A stretch of DNA of 64,000 bases from Thermoproteota archaeon (GCA_024720975.1 JANJXX010000002.1:1-64000), one strand, 5' to 3'; positions 29,618 through 39,595 are shown, counted from the stretch's first letter. Program-made: numbers and translations. Notes: generated by a model from the letters alone, not told the origin.

Positions 29618-29733
29618 TGGGCCGGGGCGGACTCGAACCGCCGACCTTACGGTCTCCGCGACTTTTAGTACACTTGTACAACATAGAGTTCAATTCCTTC
29701 AGCCGTACGCGCTCCCAGCTGCGCCACCGGCCC
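29618..29733 (-). tRNA. tRNA-Phe(GAA) with 43-nt intron at 37/38 (29654..29696)
   Basis: GGGCCGG/CCGGCCC acceptor, G20, TACGG/CCGTA anticodon stem, CT-GAA-G|intron|A, 73-nt mature form. Confidence 0.92.
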
Positions 29734-30038
29734 ATGATATCTTCTCATGAACCAGAGATAGGGACCTACTATAGTATATTTCTATCCTCTTTTTTTAAAA
29801 GTTTGCTTTTGGAATCCACAATTTGCTATTACTAGTTCTAATTCTCAACAAATACACGCTTAGAGCTCTCGGTAATATGATCCATTAGCAACATTACAGT
29901 CATTGATAAGGCATTGGCATACTCATCAAAAACCCAGCTATCTGTAAGTTAAATTCCATATTGCACTTAATCCGCTGTTTATAAAAAGTAACCTAACCTG
30001 CCCATATGAGCATACTCAGCTTTTTTATAGAGTATAAA

Positions 30039-30725
30039 CTAACTCACAATTCCGTGATAGCGTTCAAGCTCTACTATTAGGTTACATAGAACATAGGAGG
30101 TAGTCAAGCGTTCGGAGTCAATTTCTATAATGCTATTCGCCATCTTTAGGAACTTTTCAGGTATATTCTCATGTGGCGCTGCGCCAATGATAATTGCGAC
30201 GTTTCCCTTAATCTGTTGGAGTATATCGATTATCCTTTTCCGTTCACCCCCAACCTCCAGGCAGATTATATAACTTATGGAGAATTCTCTAAGTATCTGG
30301 TCTAAACTAGCGACCTCCCACATTAGAATTTCTCCATTATCTGCTTGAATCACACCTCGCTGAAGTAAATCCTCCATGACACCCATGAATCTGAAATAAT
30401 GTCTTGGAATGCGTACATTTGGTTTTACTATGAAGTATCTTTCTTCAATTGTATGAATTATTATAGCTGAGACAAGACCTCTTCTACTCAATCTTGAGTC
30501 CAGAATCGTCAGGAGAGCTCTATGCAGAATATCAGCTCGCCCGCGATTTTCGAAATTTTTAAGCTTTCTCATGGCTGAGAAGTGAAGTGTTTGGTCTAGA
30601 AGCATTTTCGATGGATGTTTTCGCCTTGTTTCTGCCCACTTTTTAACTGCTGGATGATTCCACAGAGCCTTGGGTATTAATTCAAGTGCAGCTCTGACAA
30701 TCACAAACGTATACACAGCTCTCAA
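30039..30725 (-). CDS. nep1: Nep1/Emg1 rRNA pseudouridine N1-methyltransferase (SPOUT)
   Basis: ALELIP, LLDQTLH, RGRADILH, RIPRHYFRF.G. Confidence 0.93.
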   Translation of the reverse strand: MRAVYTFVIVRAALELIPKALWNHPAVKKWAETRRKHPSKMLLDQTLHFSAMRKLKNFENRGRADILHRALLTILDSRLSRRGLVSAIIIHTIEERYFIVKPNVRIPRHYFRFMGVMEDLLQRGVIQADNGEILMWEVASLDQILREFSISYIICLEVGGERKRIIDILQQIKGNVAIIIGAAPHENIPEKFLKMANSIIEIDSERLTTSYVLCNLIVELERYHGIVS

Positions 30726-30789
30726 CCTCGTAGTATATTACACATTATTGTTATTATCTTAGCAAACTTAATGACTTGGTGATAACCCC

Positions 30790-31581
30790 ATGAACATAAG
30801 AGTCGGGGCTGCTCAAATTCGACCAATCCTTGGAGACCTGGATAGAAACCGAGAAATCATTAGAAAGTTCGCTGAACTAGGATATAAAAATGAACTAGAC
30901 TTACTAGTATTCCCGGAGTTAGCGAACTCTGGATATAATTTCAAGAGTCGCGAAGACGCTTGGAGGGCAAGTGAGACCATACCAGAAGGGAGAACAATAA
31001 AACTTTTAGAAAAACTATCCCAGGAGTACTCAATCTATGTTGTGTCGGGGATTAATGAAAGACACGAAGATAAACTCTACAATTCAGCAGTTCTAGTTGG
31101 GCCTAATGGCTTCATTGGAACGTACAGGAAAGTCCATTTATTTATGAATGAGAAAGATATCTTTGAACGCGGTAGGGAGTTCTTTGTATTTGAGACAAAA
31201 ATCGCTAGGATAGGCATCATGATATGCTTTGATTGGATCTTTCCTGAGGCAACACGCACCTTAGTACTAAAAGGGGCTGAAATAATCTGCCATCCGGCAA
31301 ATCTAGTCTTACCATATTGGCAAAAATTATGCGGATTAAGAGCTTTAGAAAATCGCGTGTATATAGTAACTGCAAACCGGGTAGGTATAGAGGGAAATCT
31401 AAACTTCACAGGGCGCTCGATAATAGTTGATCCGAAGGGCGAAATAATAACTGAAGCAAGTAGGACCCACGAGGAACTTATTTATGCTGATATTGATGTC
31501 ACACTATCACGAGACAAGAATATAACGCCCAGAAACAACATATTTGAGGATAGACTCCCGGAAGCTTATGTGCTCTTCTAA
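30790..31581 (+). CDS. Nitrilase-family carbon-nitrogen hydrolase
   Basis: E-K-C triad: VFPEL, YRKVHL, ICFDW. Confidence 0.95.
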   Translation: MNIRVGAAQIRPILGDLDRNREIIRKFAELGYKNELDLLVFPELANSGYNFKSREDAWRASETIPEGRTIKLLEKLSQEYSIYVVSGINERHEDKLYNSAVLVGPNGFIGTYRKVHLFMNEKDIFERGREFFVFETKIARIGIMICFDWIFPEATRTLVLKGAEIICHPANLVLPYWQKLCGLRALENRVYIVTANRVGIEGNLNFTGRSIIVDPKGEIITEASRTHEELIYADIDVTLSRDKNITPRNNIFEDRLPEAYVLF

Positions 31582-31583
31582 TG

Positions 31584-33431
31584 CTATTCTTTTTTGGTCA
31601 TTTTATGCCTCAATAATGCCCAAGGTACGAATATTCTTATTGGTATTGAGGCGTTACTTCTAGCAAATACAACAGCTTGCCTTGCGGGAAGATTCACTAG
31701 CAATGTTGTTAAATCGGTGGGTAGTTCCATAAATTTTTTGAGAGTCTTAACCTGGAGGGGAGTCAAACCAAATATAGTGTATGTATTTACAGTTTTGAGA
31801 ATGCTAGGACATAAATCCTCCGGACTTTGTGTCGAAAACTCTATTCGTAACCTAAATTTCCTTCCTTCTCGAGCTATCCGCTCGACCCAAGATACAGTTC
31901 TTAATACCCACTCCCTTTCGTTATAGTCGTAGACAAATCTTGGAAAATAGTTGTGAGCTTCATCTATGAGTAGCATTGTTGGTGGAGTTTCGTTATCGTA
32001 GTCACTAAGCTTTACTTGAGCTATTTTGCTTATTATATGCATTGTGATAATCCTCCTCGCAACTATAGACTTAAGCGTATCAACTCTTACTATGTTTACT
32101 CTTTCTGGTTTCAGAAGTTCCCTGACATTTATATCGGGTGTGCCTTCCAAATCAAATATTTCTTCTCCTAAGATTGCAGCTAATCTTCTTAGAATAGCTT
32201 CTCTGGTAGCATCACTAACCTCTTCCTTAGGGAATGCCGAGTTTTCAAGCCATCGGTAAAATCTCTCAAGTGTCTGTTTCTCACTTGGATACATCAATCG
32301 GAACCGTTTTGCAAGTTTAGGTAAGACATAGTAACCTTGCGGAGACAGTGCTGGCAGGTAATATTGGAGCATAGATTCTGGGATTCCGGCGAATCTTATT
32401 GTAAAGAATTTTAAATTGGCATTCTCAGCTAGGGTATACTCTTTAGCGCCGCCTTCTGAACTGGATTCCTGTTTTGGGATCCAAACCAAAACGTCATCGA
32501 TTTTCTGCGGGCTCAGTTTTAGGTCTTTCCATATTTTAATGTCAGACTGACTGGGTTTTATGGGGTCGTCATCTTTTATTGGATCTTCAGCTATCATGGA
32601 GTATTCATTATGTGTGTCTATAACAACTACAGAACCACCAAATGTATTGATGAAGTTATATATATCGTTCTTACATTTGGCAGTTTTTCCTTTGCCCGTT
32701 GTGCCTATAATCAATTCATGTTCAAATAGTAGTTCTGGACGCATCCTGTAGGCTATTGTCTCACCGGTTTTTGGGTCTTGTATTATGTCGTCCCCAAACA
32801 TTATGGCACCGTACGCAGGACCTTCATTGGGAATACCGTATATTGTGTTTACTATCCTTTGCGATGGAAGGTAGGCAGGGGCTCTTATATGTGGTGCGAA
32901 GTTAACATCCCCCTTCACTATACTGCCGCCAAGTTTCTTCAGAGAGCATATAGGTTCCATTCCTATTAGTGGCACCAGGTCCAGGAATTCTGTGTCTCCC
33001 TCTATGATCATACGAGAGGTTAGTATATCCCTAGTTTCAGGAGAGTCTCTATCTATGAGCTCATGCCAGGCTACGTCATATCCCATCATTGTAATTATTC
33101 CGGCTATGTATTCATCGTGAAGATAATCGTAAATCAACAAGGGAAAACCTCTGCGCACTCTTGTCGACCACTCAGAGAAGGGACGGACCCATAGAAGTCT
33201 CGCAGAATCTCCAACACCAACTTTCACGGATAATTTTTTGGGAACGACCAAATATCCAATTTCAACACAGTCGTCTAACCACGGCTCCTTCAATTTCTCG
33301 CTGAGTTTCTGCTTAGATCTTTGATAGAGTTCATGCTTTATGAAAACGATTTCTAGAGCCTCTTTTTCATCCCCCTCATAGGTTTCTTTTTCACTTGGTT
33401 TATCCGCAATTAGGTACTTATCCAAACTCAT
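31584..33431 (-). CDS. HerA-family (DUF87) ATPase
   Basis: GTTGKGKT, IDTHNEY, LLIDEAHNY, AREGRK, STQSP. Confidence 0.92.
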   Translation of the reverse strand: MSLDKYLIADKPSEKETYEGDEKEALEIVFIKHELYQRSKQKLSEKLKEPWLDDCVEIGYLVVPKKLSVKVGVGDSARLLWVRPFSEWSTRVRRGFPLLIYDYLHDEYIAGIITMMGYDVAWHELIDRDSPETRDILTSRMIIEGDTEFLDLVPLIGMEPICSLKKLGGSIVKGDVNFAPHIRAPAYLPSQRIVNTIYGIPNEGPAYGAIMFGDDIIQDPKTGETIAYRMRPELLFEHELIIGTTGKGKTAKCKNDIYNFINTFGGSVVVIDTHNEYSMIAEDPIKDDDPIKPSQSDIKIWKDLKLSPQKIDDVLVWIPKQESSSEGGAKEYTLAENANLKFFTIRFAGIPESMLQYYLPALSPQGYYVLPKLAKRFRLMYPSEKQTLERFYRWLENSAFPKEEVSDATREAILRRLAAILGEEIFDLEGTPDINVRELLKPERVNIVRVDTLKSIVARRIITMHIISKIAQVKLSDYDNETPPTMLLIDEAHNYFPRFVYDYNEREWVLRTVSWVERIAREGRKFRLRIEFSTQSPEDLCPSILKTVNTYTIFGLTPLQVKTLKKFMELPTDLTTLLVNLPARQAVVFARSNASIPIRIFVPWALLRHKMTKKE

Positions 33432-33437
33432 AGTCTA

Positions 33438-34544
33438 TCACTCTGAGAGAAAGCGCGCCCATCTTCTTTCATTAAAGAAGAAAGCATCTTCAATACCATT
33501 TTCCCTTATTGCTTTGATCACGTGAAGTGTAAGCTGTTTTTTCTCCTCATCGGAGAATCTCGCTATACCATCAGCTTTGCCGATAACGTAGCTTAAACCA
33601 TTGCCTAAAGCCAGATCTGCATAGACTAAATCGAGGACATAATTTATACCAAATTCCTCTAGGACCCAGGATGGAAACTCGTATCGAAGTATAACTCTTT
33701 GCGGAGATTTCAAGTAGAAGAAGGCTGGCTTCATATCATCTGCCAGCTTGGAGGCATAGCCATCGTTATATACAAATATGGAAGATCGTTCATTAACACC
33801 TAAATATGCAACGTAGATGTCGGCGTCGGAGAACCCCCGCCCCTTAATCACCTGCGAAATTCTTGAAGCAAGAGAATTCTTGACTAATTTTACGCAGATT
33901 ATTGATCTGTTAGTTAGAGCCTTAACTGCTGAGTGCAATTTGCTTAGGTACCTGGATGTGTAAAGGGGACCATCCCAGAAAAAGGCATCTATATGCGCCC
34001 CATATTCGTTCAGGAATTCTTTTACGGTCTGGACTTCTAAATCTAGAAGCATCTCCCTGATTTTCCTTCGAATTTGCTCCTCACTATCACCTAAGCTTTG
34101 TTGAATTGCAATAGACGACTTCCAAATTCCCCTCAAATTGTAATCAAAATCAATACGACGCGAGTACGTGAACACAGCTGATCGTGCAAGTATCAGTCTT
34201 ACCGGGTGCAACTTTATTGGAAAGACTCCTCCGTCCACACCAACAATAGCTTTATTTTTTAACGCTTGTATTGGATCTACATGAGGAACTTCGTACTTAT
34301 ACCTGCTCTCGATGGGTATAACTATTCCGGAATCAATAGCTTTGTCTATAATGCTCTCGATAACATCCTTAGTCAGATTTCTAACTGGTGAACTTTTGAT
34401 GAATGACCTGATTAAATCCTCGATAGCTGCTGAGATTAATTTACAAGGGTGCTTTCCTACTTTTTCGGAACTTTCTGTATTACATTGCTCTTCCTTGCTG
34501 TAGCTAGTCTCAGAACCTCTCAAAGTTTTATTGACGGTTTGCAT
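33438..34544 (-). CDS. NurA-family nuclease
   Basis: VGVDGG, LDLE, WDGPL, LVKNS, RYEFP, KADGIAR; 6 nt upstream of herA. Confidence 0.85.
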   Translation of the reverse strand: MQTVNKTLRGSETSYSKEEQCNTESSEKVGKHPCKLISAAIEDLIRSFIKSSPVRNLTKDVIESIIDKAIDSGIVIPIESRYKYEVPHVDPIQALKNKAIVGVDGGVFPIKLHPVRLILARSAVFTYSRRIDFDYNLRGIWKSSIAIQQSLGDSEEQIRRKIREMLLDLEVQTVKEFLNEYGAHIDAFFWDGPLYTSRYLSKLHSAVKALTNRSIICVKLVKNSLASRISQVIKGRGFSDADIYVAYLGVNERSSIFVYNDGYASKLADDMKPAFFYLKSPQRVILRYEFPSWVLEEFGINYVLDLVYADLALGNGLSYVIGKADGIARFSDEEKKQLTLHVIKAIRENGIEDAFFFNERRWARFLSE

Positions 34545-34703
34545 CTAAAACACACGATTCTCATCTTGGCTATTGTATTATCAGCGTATATTATGAGTAT
34601 TACAAAGCATTATATAAAGCGTAACTTATTGTAATACAGGAAAGAAGGAGAAAATATAACACTAAACTTTTGTCAATTCTCTCTCGCTTCAAGGAGCCCT
34701 CTA

Positions 34704-35510
34704 TTAGCTTATCTTATCGATGGACAGCTGCTCGACAAGCTTTCTAATTTTTCTTGGCATGAAAATCGACACGCACTTTGCTGTGCTCTTCCGTAAAATA
34801 TTAGCAACTTCATCTGCAAATGTATCAAATCTACACACTATTGCATACTCGAGAAATCCGATGCGATCAATTCTAACTATTTTTTTGAATAACCCTGTTT
34901 TCCGCATTACCTTATCTAGATGAGTCCTTAGAACACCAGTAACTACAACTCTGTCTAGTCGCTCTCGAAACCACTTTCTAAACATGTTAATCGTCCTTCT
35001 CCCTGGCAGACCTATTACCTGATTTTCTTCCATCGAAACCACTTTCACAACAAATGGCATATTTCTTGCTAGACCGGCTATTCGAATGATTTCATCAATT
35101 TTAGGTTCCAGGCGCCTGGGATTCTTTCTTAAGATCTTCGAAAGTAGCGAAACTGCATTTATTTTTACATACATCGCTTCTTCGGTGCCAATGTCTGTCA
35201 ATATATCACTCCCTAGAACTCCCATAATTCGCCCGCTATACTCCTGTTCAACTACGATATCACTGTATTGTATCCTTCGCCCAAAGACCTTCTCTAGGTA
35301 CCTCACAGCGACCTCTGCATCATCACCCTCGATTCTTACCAAAGTGAAACGATTGTCGAGTTTAGAGGCGTCAACTATGGATGCATTTAATCCTATGAGA
35401 AGACCTTGAAGATAGGCTCTAAGTGCTTTCTTAAGACTATAATCCGGAAGACTGACGTATATTGGATTGAATATTATCGTTCCAATTTTTTCACTGGATA
35501 TTATTGCTAT
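34704..35510 (-). CDS. DUF2110-family protein; probable ATA start (35510/35504/35501)
   Basis: Frame open 56 codons upstream of the tracked TTG (35342) with DUF2110-like N-terminus; IEGDDAEVA..YL..FG and RIGFLEYAIVC. Confidence 0.7.
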   Translation of the reverse strand: MAIISSEKIGTIIFNPIYVSLPDYSLKKALRAYLQGLLIGLNASIVDASKLDNRFTLVRIEGDDAEVAVRYLEKVFGRRIQYSDIVVEQEYSGRIMGVLGSDILTDIGTEEAMYVKINAVSLLSKILRKNPRRLEPKIDEIIRIAGLARNMPFVVKVVSMEENQVIGLPGRRTINMFRKWFRERLDRVVVTGVLRTHLDKVMRKTGLFKKIVRIDRIGFLEYAIVCRFDTFADEVANILRKSTAKCVSIFMPRKIRKLVEQLSIDKIS

Positions 35511-35752
35511 CGTTTTTTGTATTGTTCAAGTATACTGAGAAATTTTGCGTTGGTATCAGAAATAGGTTCAAAAGCTGCGCCACCCATTTTAAAACCACAG
35601 TTTTTACATTCCCATATACCAAAAGCAACCCACTCAAGACCTTCTTTTTTGCAATGAGGACATTGGTATCTTGCTTTTTTCTTCTTTTCGATAGCTTCAA
35701 CGCGCTTGCGGACTGTCGCTCCGTACCGAGCCCCAAATCTTCTGGTAGACAT
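35507..35752 (-). CDS. rpl37ae: 50S ribosomal protein eL43 (L37ae)
   Basis: RFGARYG.TVRK, CPHC, GIWECKNC; SD GGTGG 6 nt before ATG 35752. Confidence 0.96.
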   Translation of the reverse strand: MSTRRFGARYGATVRKRVEAIEKKKKARYQCPHCKKEGLEWVAFGIWECKNCGFKMGGAAFEPISDTNAKFLSILEQYKKR

Positions 35753-35775
35753 TCTTGCCCACCTGAACTCATTTT

Positions 35776-36612
35776 TCAACCTAATGTTTGCTTTAAAACC
35801 AGATCCTTTATTAAGTTTGACCGTTCCTTAAGATCCCTAACAGCTGCTAGAAAATCGTCTATATCTAAAACCCCAGCTCCACTTTTTTGCGTGGCAACGA
35901 GATCATTCTTAGAGATCGCAAGCGTTAATTTATAGCCGGATACAAGCTCTTCTTGATGTGTTGGATCTAGGACTATCTTGTCTAGTATTTTCGCATATGT
36001 TAACTGTATTGGCATTAGCTCAATATTAAGACTTAGGGGCTTTGTTTCATTTTTTAAAATCACTGGACCCTTGTCCCCTATTTCAACTTTGGGTATCCTC
36101 GTTGTTAATAAGGCACCTAATGTTGCATAGAAGGCTGCATCAACTAGATTTCCGTGGTCATTTATAGGGTATATATCAATAAACATAACGTATACGTACT
36201 TCTCAGGCTCGACGACCAGGTCCTCTAATTTGATGAAGTTTGAACTTCTTATTGATCTATCAACAACACGCGCATATTCTATTCCAATTTCATTGGGAGG
36301 GCCTAATTCAAAGCTGGGCGAGGCTATTGGCATTGTTTCCATGTTGACAACAAACGCCCCTTGATTGGGTGTATCAGGGTAGGGCGGTCCAACTGATATT
36401 TTTATGCCTGCAAGCACTGAAGTCTTGCCTAGTTTTGCTATGCATGATCCCTCCGCTTTTTCGATGCAATTTGGTATTAGCTCTAGTTTACGCATTTCTA
36501 GAAGATCTCTCCCATCTAATCTTTTGCCTCTACTTATGTGGCTAAATATGCTCTCCTTCTCTATGTTAGAAAGAAATTCGCGGTGAATCGAAGACAAGAA
36601 TTCCGAGGCCAT
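35776..36612 (-). CDS. rrp42: Exosome subunit Rrp42
   Basis: KRLDGR, KAEGS, PYPDTPNQG, FELGPP, ARVVDRSIR. Confidence 0.96.
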   Translation of the reverse strand: MASEFLSSIHREFLSNIEKESIFSHISRGKRLDGRDLLEMRKLELIPNCIEKAEGSCIAKLGKTSVLAGIKISVGPPYPDTPNQGAFVVNMETMPIASPSFELGPPNEIGIEYARVVDRSIRSSNFIKLEDLVVEPEKYVYVMFIDIYPINDHGNLVDAAFYATLGALLTTRIPKVEIGDKGPVILKNETKPLSLNIELMPIQLTYAKILDKIVLDPTHQEELVSGYKLTLAISKNDLVATQKSGAGVLDIDDFLAAVRDLKERSNLIKDLVLKQTLG

Positions 36613-36613
36613 A

Positions 36614-37357
36614 TTAATCTCCGGTTTTCGTTGACGACAAGTAATACTCCTTAAGCGCTTTCTTTTGAAGTTCGTATATTTGATCTATAGCCTTAATTGC
36701 CGTTGATAAAATTTCGGATAATCTATCTATCGGAAGGCGATGATCTGACTGAAGAAGAGTTATTTTTCTGTATGCAGGTAACATCGCTATTGGAATGTCA
36801 GCACATAATTCATCCTCGATAGAACAAACATCGACTACGATATTTCCATAGCAATAACCAACAGCCACGGAGGTGACAAGATCACGCAAAGGAATACCTG
36901 CTTGCGCTAGGGCTAATGAGGCAGCGTTTATACTTGCTGTCCGTGTCCCAGCGTCCGCTTGTAGTACTAAACAATATACTTTTATCATCATTCTGGGAAA
37001 TTCCTCAAGAAGAATTGACGGTTCTAGAGCTTCTCTTATAACTTTCGAAAGTTCTACTTCTCTCCTTGAGGGTGTGGGACTTTTTCTTTCTTCTGTAGAA
37101 AAGGTGCACATTCTATAGGCTACATCTAAAACGGCACGCTCGGGGTCTGCTATGTATGCAGGAACACATTCAGTTGGTCCACGTACAACGCAGAGAACCT
37201 TAGTGTGTCCCATTTCGAATAGACAAGAGCCCTCAGCCCTCTCTACAATTCCTAGTCTTATATTTATGGGACGTAACTCAGTAAATGCACGTCCATCTAC
37301 TCTCTTTCCACTTTCTAATATTTTCTTAAACTCCTCTTCACTTATCTTTAAACTCAC
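36614..37357 (-). CDS. rrp41: Exosome subunit Rrp41
   Basis: RVDGR, ERKSPTPSRREVELSKVI, DAGTRTA, catalytic D..ED....D. Confidence 0.96.
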   Translation of the reverse strand: MSLKISEEEFKKILESGKRVDGRAFTELRPINIRLGIVERAEGSCLFEMGHTKVLCVVRGPTECVPAYIADPERAVLDVAYRMCTFSTEERKSPTPSRREVELSKVIREALEPSILLEEFPRMMIKVYCLVLQADAGTRTASINAASLALAQAGIPLRDLVTSVAVGYCYGNIVVDVCSIEDELCADIPIAMLPAYRKITLLQSDHRLPIDRLSEILSTAIKAIDQIYELQKKALKEYYLSSTKTGD

Positions 37358-38073
37358 TAAGATTCGCCCCTTTGAATCTTATGCATGCCTTTCATCAAGA
37401 AGTCTTCAATTTTCTTTGTTAATCCCTGCAAGTGTGCTAATTTCTCAATTCTCTTAATTGTTTGCTCTACTAATTCCTCAATCTCAGGTTTTTCTGCACG
37501 CACCCAGATAATACCATTTGTCCCAACCTTAACCTCTGCTTTAGTTATCCTTTTAATAGTCTCTAACATCGAACCCTTAGCACCAATCAAGCGCGGCACT
37601 TTAGCGGGATTTATCGATATTAACCTTCCTTTTTCGAGTTTCCCGTAACCAGAATCTCGACAACTTAAAATGGGGGCCAAGCCCCTTTCAACATACATAA
37701 CTTTAGTATACACAACATCACCAACTTTTAGATAATCCGTTGGAAGCTCCTTGCTCGGATCAAGAGGTCTTTTTAGGTATTCTGATGCATCTAGACGCCC
37801 TTTCCATACGTAATTTATCTCTAATAACCAGTAAGTTAGCGCATAATCAACAACGATTCCTATAACGCTGTCTCCTTGCTTGGGTATGTATTTTCCCACC
37901 AGTGGTACGACATTTATTTCTCGACCCTTAGCACTCACTAGGCTTATTCGTGTTGCAACAGTTTTTCCATCTGGTCTGACTATCGTACCAGTTCCCTTTA
38001 TCGTATAGTGTGCTGGATCCTCGACTATTACTTCACCGGGTACAACTATGCGATACTTAGTTTGTTCATTCAT
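37357..38073 (-). CDS. rrp4: Exosome cap protein Rrp4 (S1+KH)
   Basis: VVPGE, YIPKQGDSVIG, KVPRLIGAKGSM, GTNGIIW. Confidence 0.96.
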   Translation of the reverse strand: MNEQTKYRIVVPGEVIVEDPAHYTIKGTGTIVRPDGKTVATRISLVSAKGREINVVPLVGKYIPKQGDSVIGIVVDYALTYWLLEINYVWKGRLDASEYLKRPLDPSKELPTDYLKVGDVVYTKVMYVERGLAPILSCRDSGYGKLEKGRLISINPAKVPRLIGAKGSMLETIKRITKAEVKVGTNGIIWVRAEKPEIEELVEQTIKRIEKLAHLQGLTKKIEDFLMKGMHKIQRGES

Positions 38074-38105
38074 TGCTAGTTCCCATCAAGAGAGATAAAC
38101 CTTTG

Positions 38106-38951
38106 TCATAGGCGTTTTCTTGATATAATTTCAATTTTAGCTTGACCCCTTGTAGAGTTTGTTAGCAAATTGTTAAACTGCAAGAAGACCCCTGCGGGTA
38201 CTTCTATAACTGCGCGCAAACTCCCATCTTCTAGCCATTGCTGTTCTATGAATGTTCCCAAATTAGTTAGTTTACCATATAGGGGCCCCACAAATTCGGC
38301 CGGAATATGTATTCTGGTAGATATTATCTCTAACTTTATTGGTAAGATTTCTTGGAGGGATTTAATTACAATCGGAATCAATTCCTTGATGTCAAGGAGA
38401 GGATCTAGCTTCACTCCTTTTACGGCTCGAACCTTTTTTAATGCCTCATCTAGTTGCTGAGGCAAGTATGGCGCATTAGTCGCGGGATTGACTGCATATT
38501 TTTGAATGTACTTAAGAATCTCAGACATTTTTTCTTCGATTAACTTGTCCCTAATTGGCTCGGGAATTTTTACAAACCCCTTTTCTAGAACAATCTTGGC
38601 AGCCTCATGGTGTATTTTTTCATCGTTCCATCTCATCAATTCCTCCTCAAGTTTTTTCTTCTCATCTTCAGTAAGTTCCCTCGAAAGTTTCTTTTGAGCT
38701 TTTTCGATTGCCACTTCAAGTAGCATTTTGCGCAGTAGTTCAGTGGAAGCCAAAATACCCTTATTTACATCACTAAATACATAGGGATGCTCAATAACAG
38801 TATCGATATCGACACTTTCACCCTTTTTGTATCTTATGGCGTCGTTAGTATTCACGACAACATAGAATTTCTCTCCCCATCTTTCATAAACAACAAAAGT
38901 AAATTTCTCCCCCAGGTCTAATCTACCCCAAGCGCCACGCCATCTAGACAT
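38106..38951 (-). CDS. Ribosome maturation factor SBDS/Sdo1
   Basis: GEKF, VFSDVNKG, VNPATNAPY, LPIK, WLEDGS..VIEVPAG; SD GGTGG 6 nt before ATG 38951. Confidence 0.92.
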   Translation of the reverse strand: MSRWRGAWGRLDLGEKFTFVVYERWGEKFYVVVNTNDAIRYKKGESVDIDTVIEHPYVFSDVNKGILASTELLRKMLLEVAIEKAQKKLSRELTEDEKKKLEEELMRWNDEKIHHEAAKIVLEKGFVKIPEPIRDKLIEEKMSEILKYIQKYAVNPATNAPYLPQQLDEALKKVRAVKGVKLDPLLDIKELIPIVIKSLQEILPIKLEIISTRIHIPAEFVGPLYGKLTNLGTFIEQQWLEDGSLRAVIEVPAGVFLQFNNLLTNSTRGQAKIEIISRKRL

Positions 38952-38961
38952 CCATCGCCAC

Positions 38962-39330
38962 CTATTCACTGTACAATATGTATAGTATGGCAAAAACACT
39001 CGAGGCAGCGAATACGTACAAGAAGCGGCCAAGAACTCCTAGTGCTAGCATGTACAATATTAATGGGATGTATGAAAACCCTATTGTTATTATTCCAGGC
39101 TCTCGGTTCATGTATTCGGCAATGCATCCAAAGAGTACCAGAGAAAACAGGAAAGCAAACCACAGTATAACGAGCTGTAGAGTTATAATCGCATAGTATA
39201 TCCATCCACCACTCCCTATAACTCCGTATTGTTTTGCAGAAACCCATATTGTTGCGGCAATGATTAGTGAAGTAATCAACCCTACGAACGATATAAATGC
39301 TGATCGCTTTAATTCAATCCTTGTGACCAT
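38962..39330 (-). CDS. Membrane protein (about 4 TM)
   Basis: Hydrophobic 122 aa; fills the gap between rpl37e and SBDS. Confidence 0.75.
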   Translation of the reverse strand: MVTRIELKRSAFISFVGLITSLIIAATIWVSAKQYGVIGSGGWIYYAIITLQLVILWFAFLFSLVLFGCIAEYMNREPGIITIGFSYIPLILYMLALGVLGRFLYVFAASSVFAILYILYSE

Positions 39331-39355
39331 TTAGACTCACTTCAATTATCTTAAG

Positions 39356-39595
39356 TTAAGTGAATTTTCTGACGCTTGGAACCTTCCAGTATCTTCTATA
39401 GAATATTCGGTACCTCAGATAGTAAGGTTGCCTCCATCGGTACTCTCGGAGACGCGGAGATCGCCCGTAGCCACAAGCGGCACAGTATTTATGCCTAACA
39501 TTGTAGGCACGTTTACCACATCTACGGCATCTTATGTGCGTTTTACCTTGATTTTTCTGACCAAAACTTGGTGTTCCTTTCGTCATGGAGCTCAC
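39356..39595 (-). CDS. rpl37e: 50S ribosomal protein eL37
   Basis: [28 protein letters not shown]. Confidence 0.97.
   Translation of the reverse strand: MSSMTKGTPSFGQKNQGKTHIRCRRCGKRAYNVRHKYCAACGYGRSPRLREYRWRQPYYLRYRIFYRRYWKVPSVRKFT

Noticed and set aside
33405-33431. HerA N-terminus MSLDKYL as a PIP box
   Set aside because: Too short and degenerate to support.
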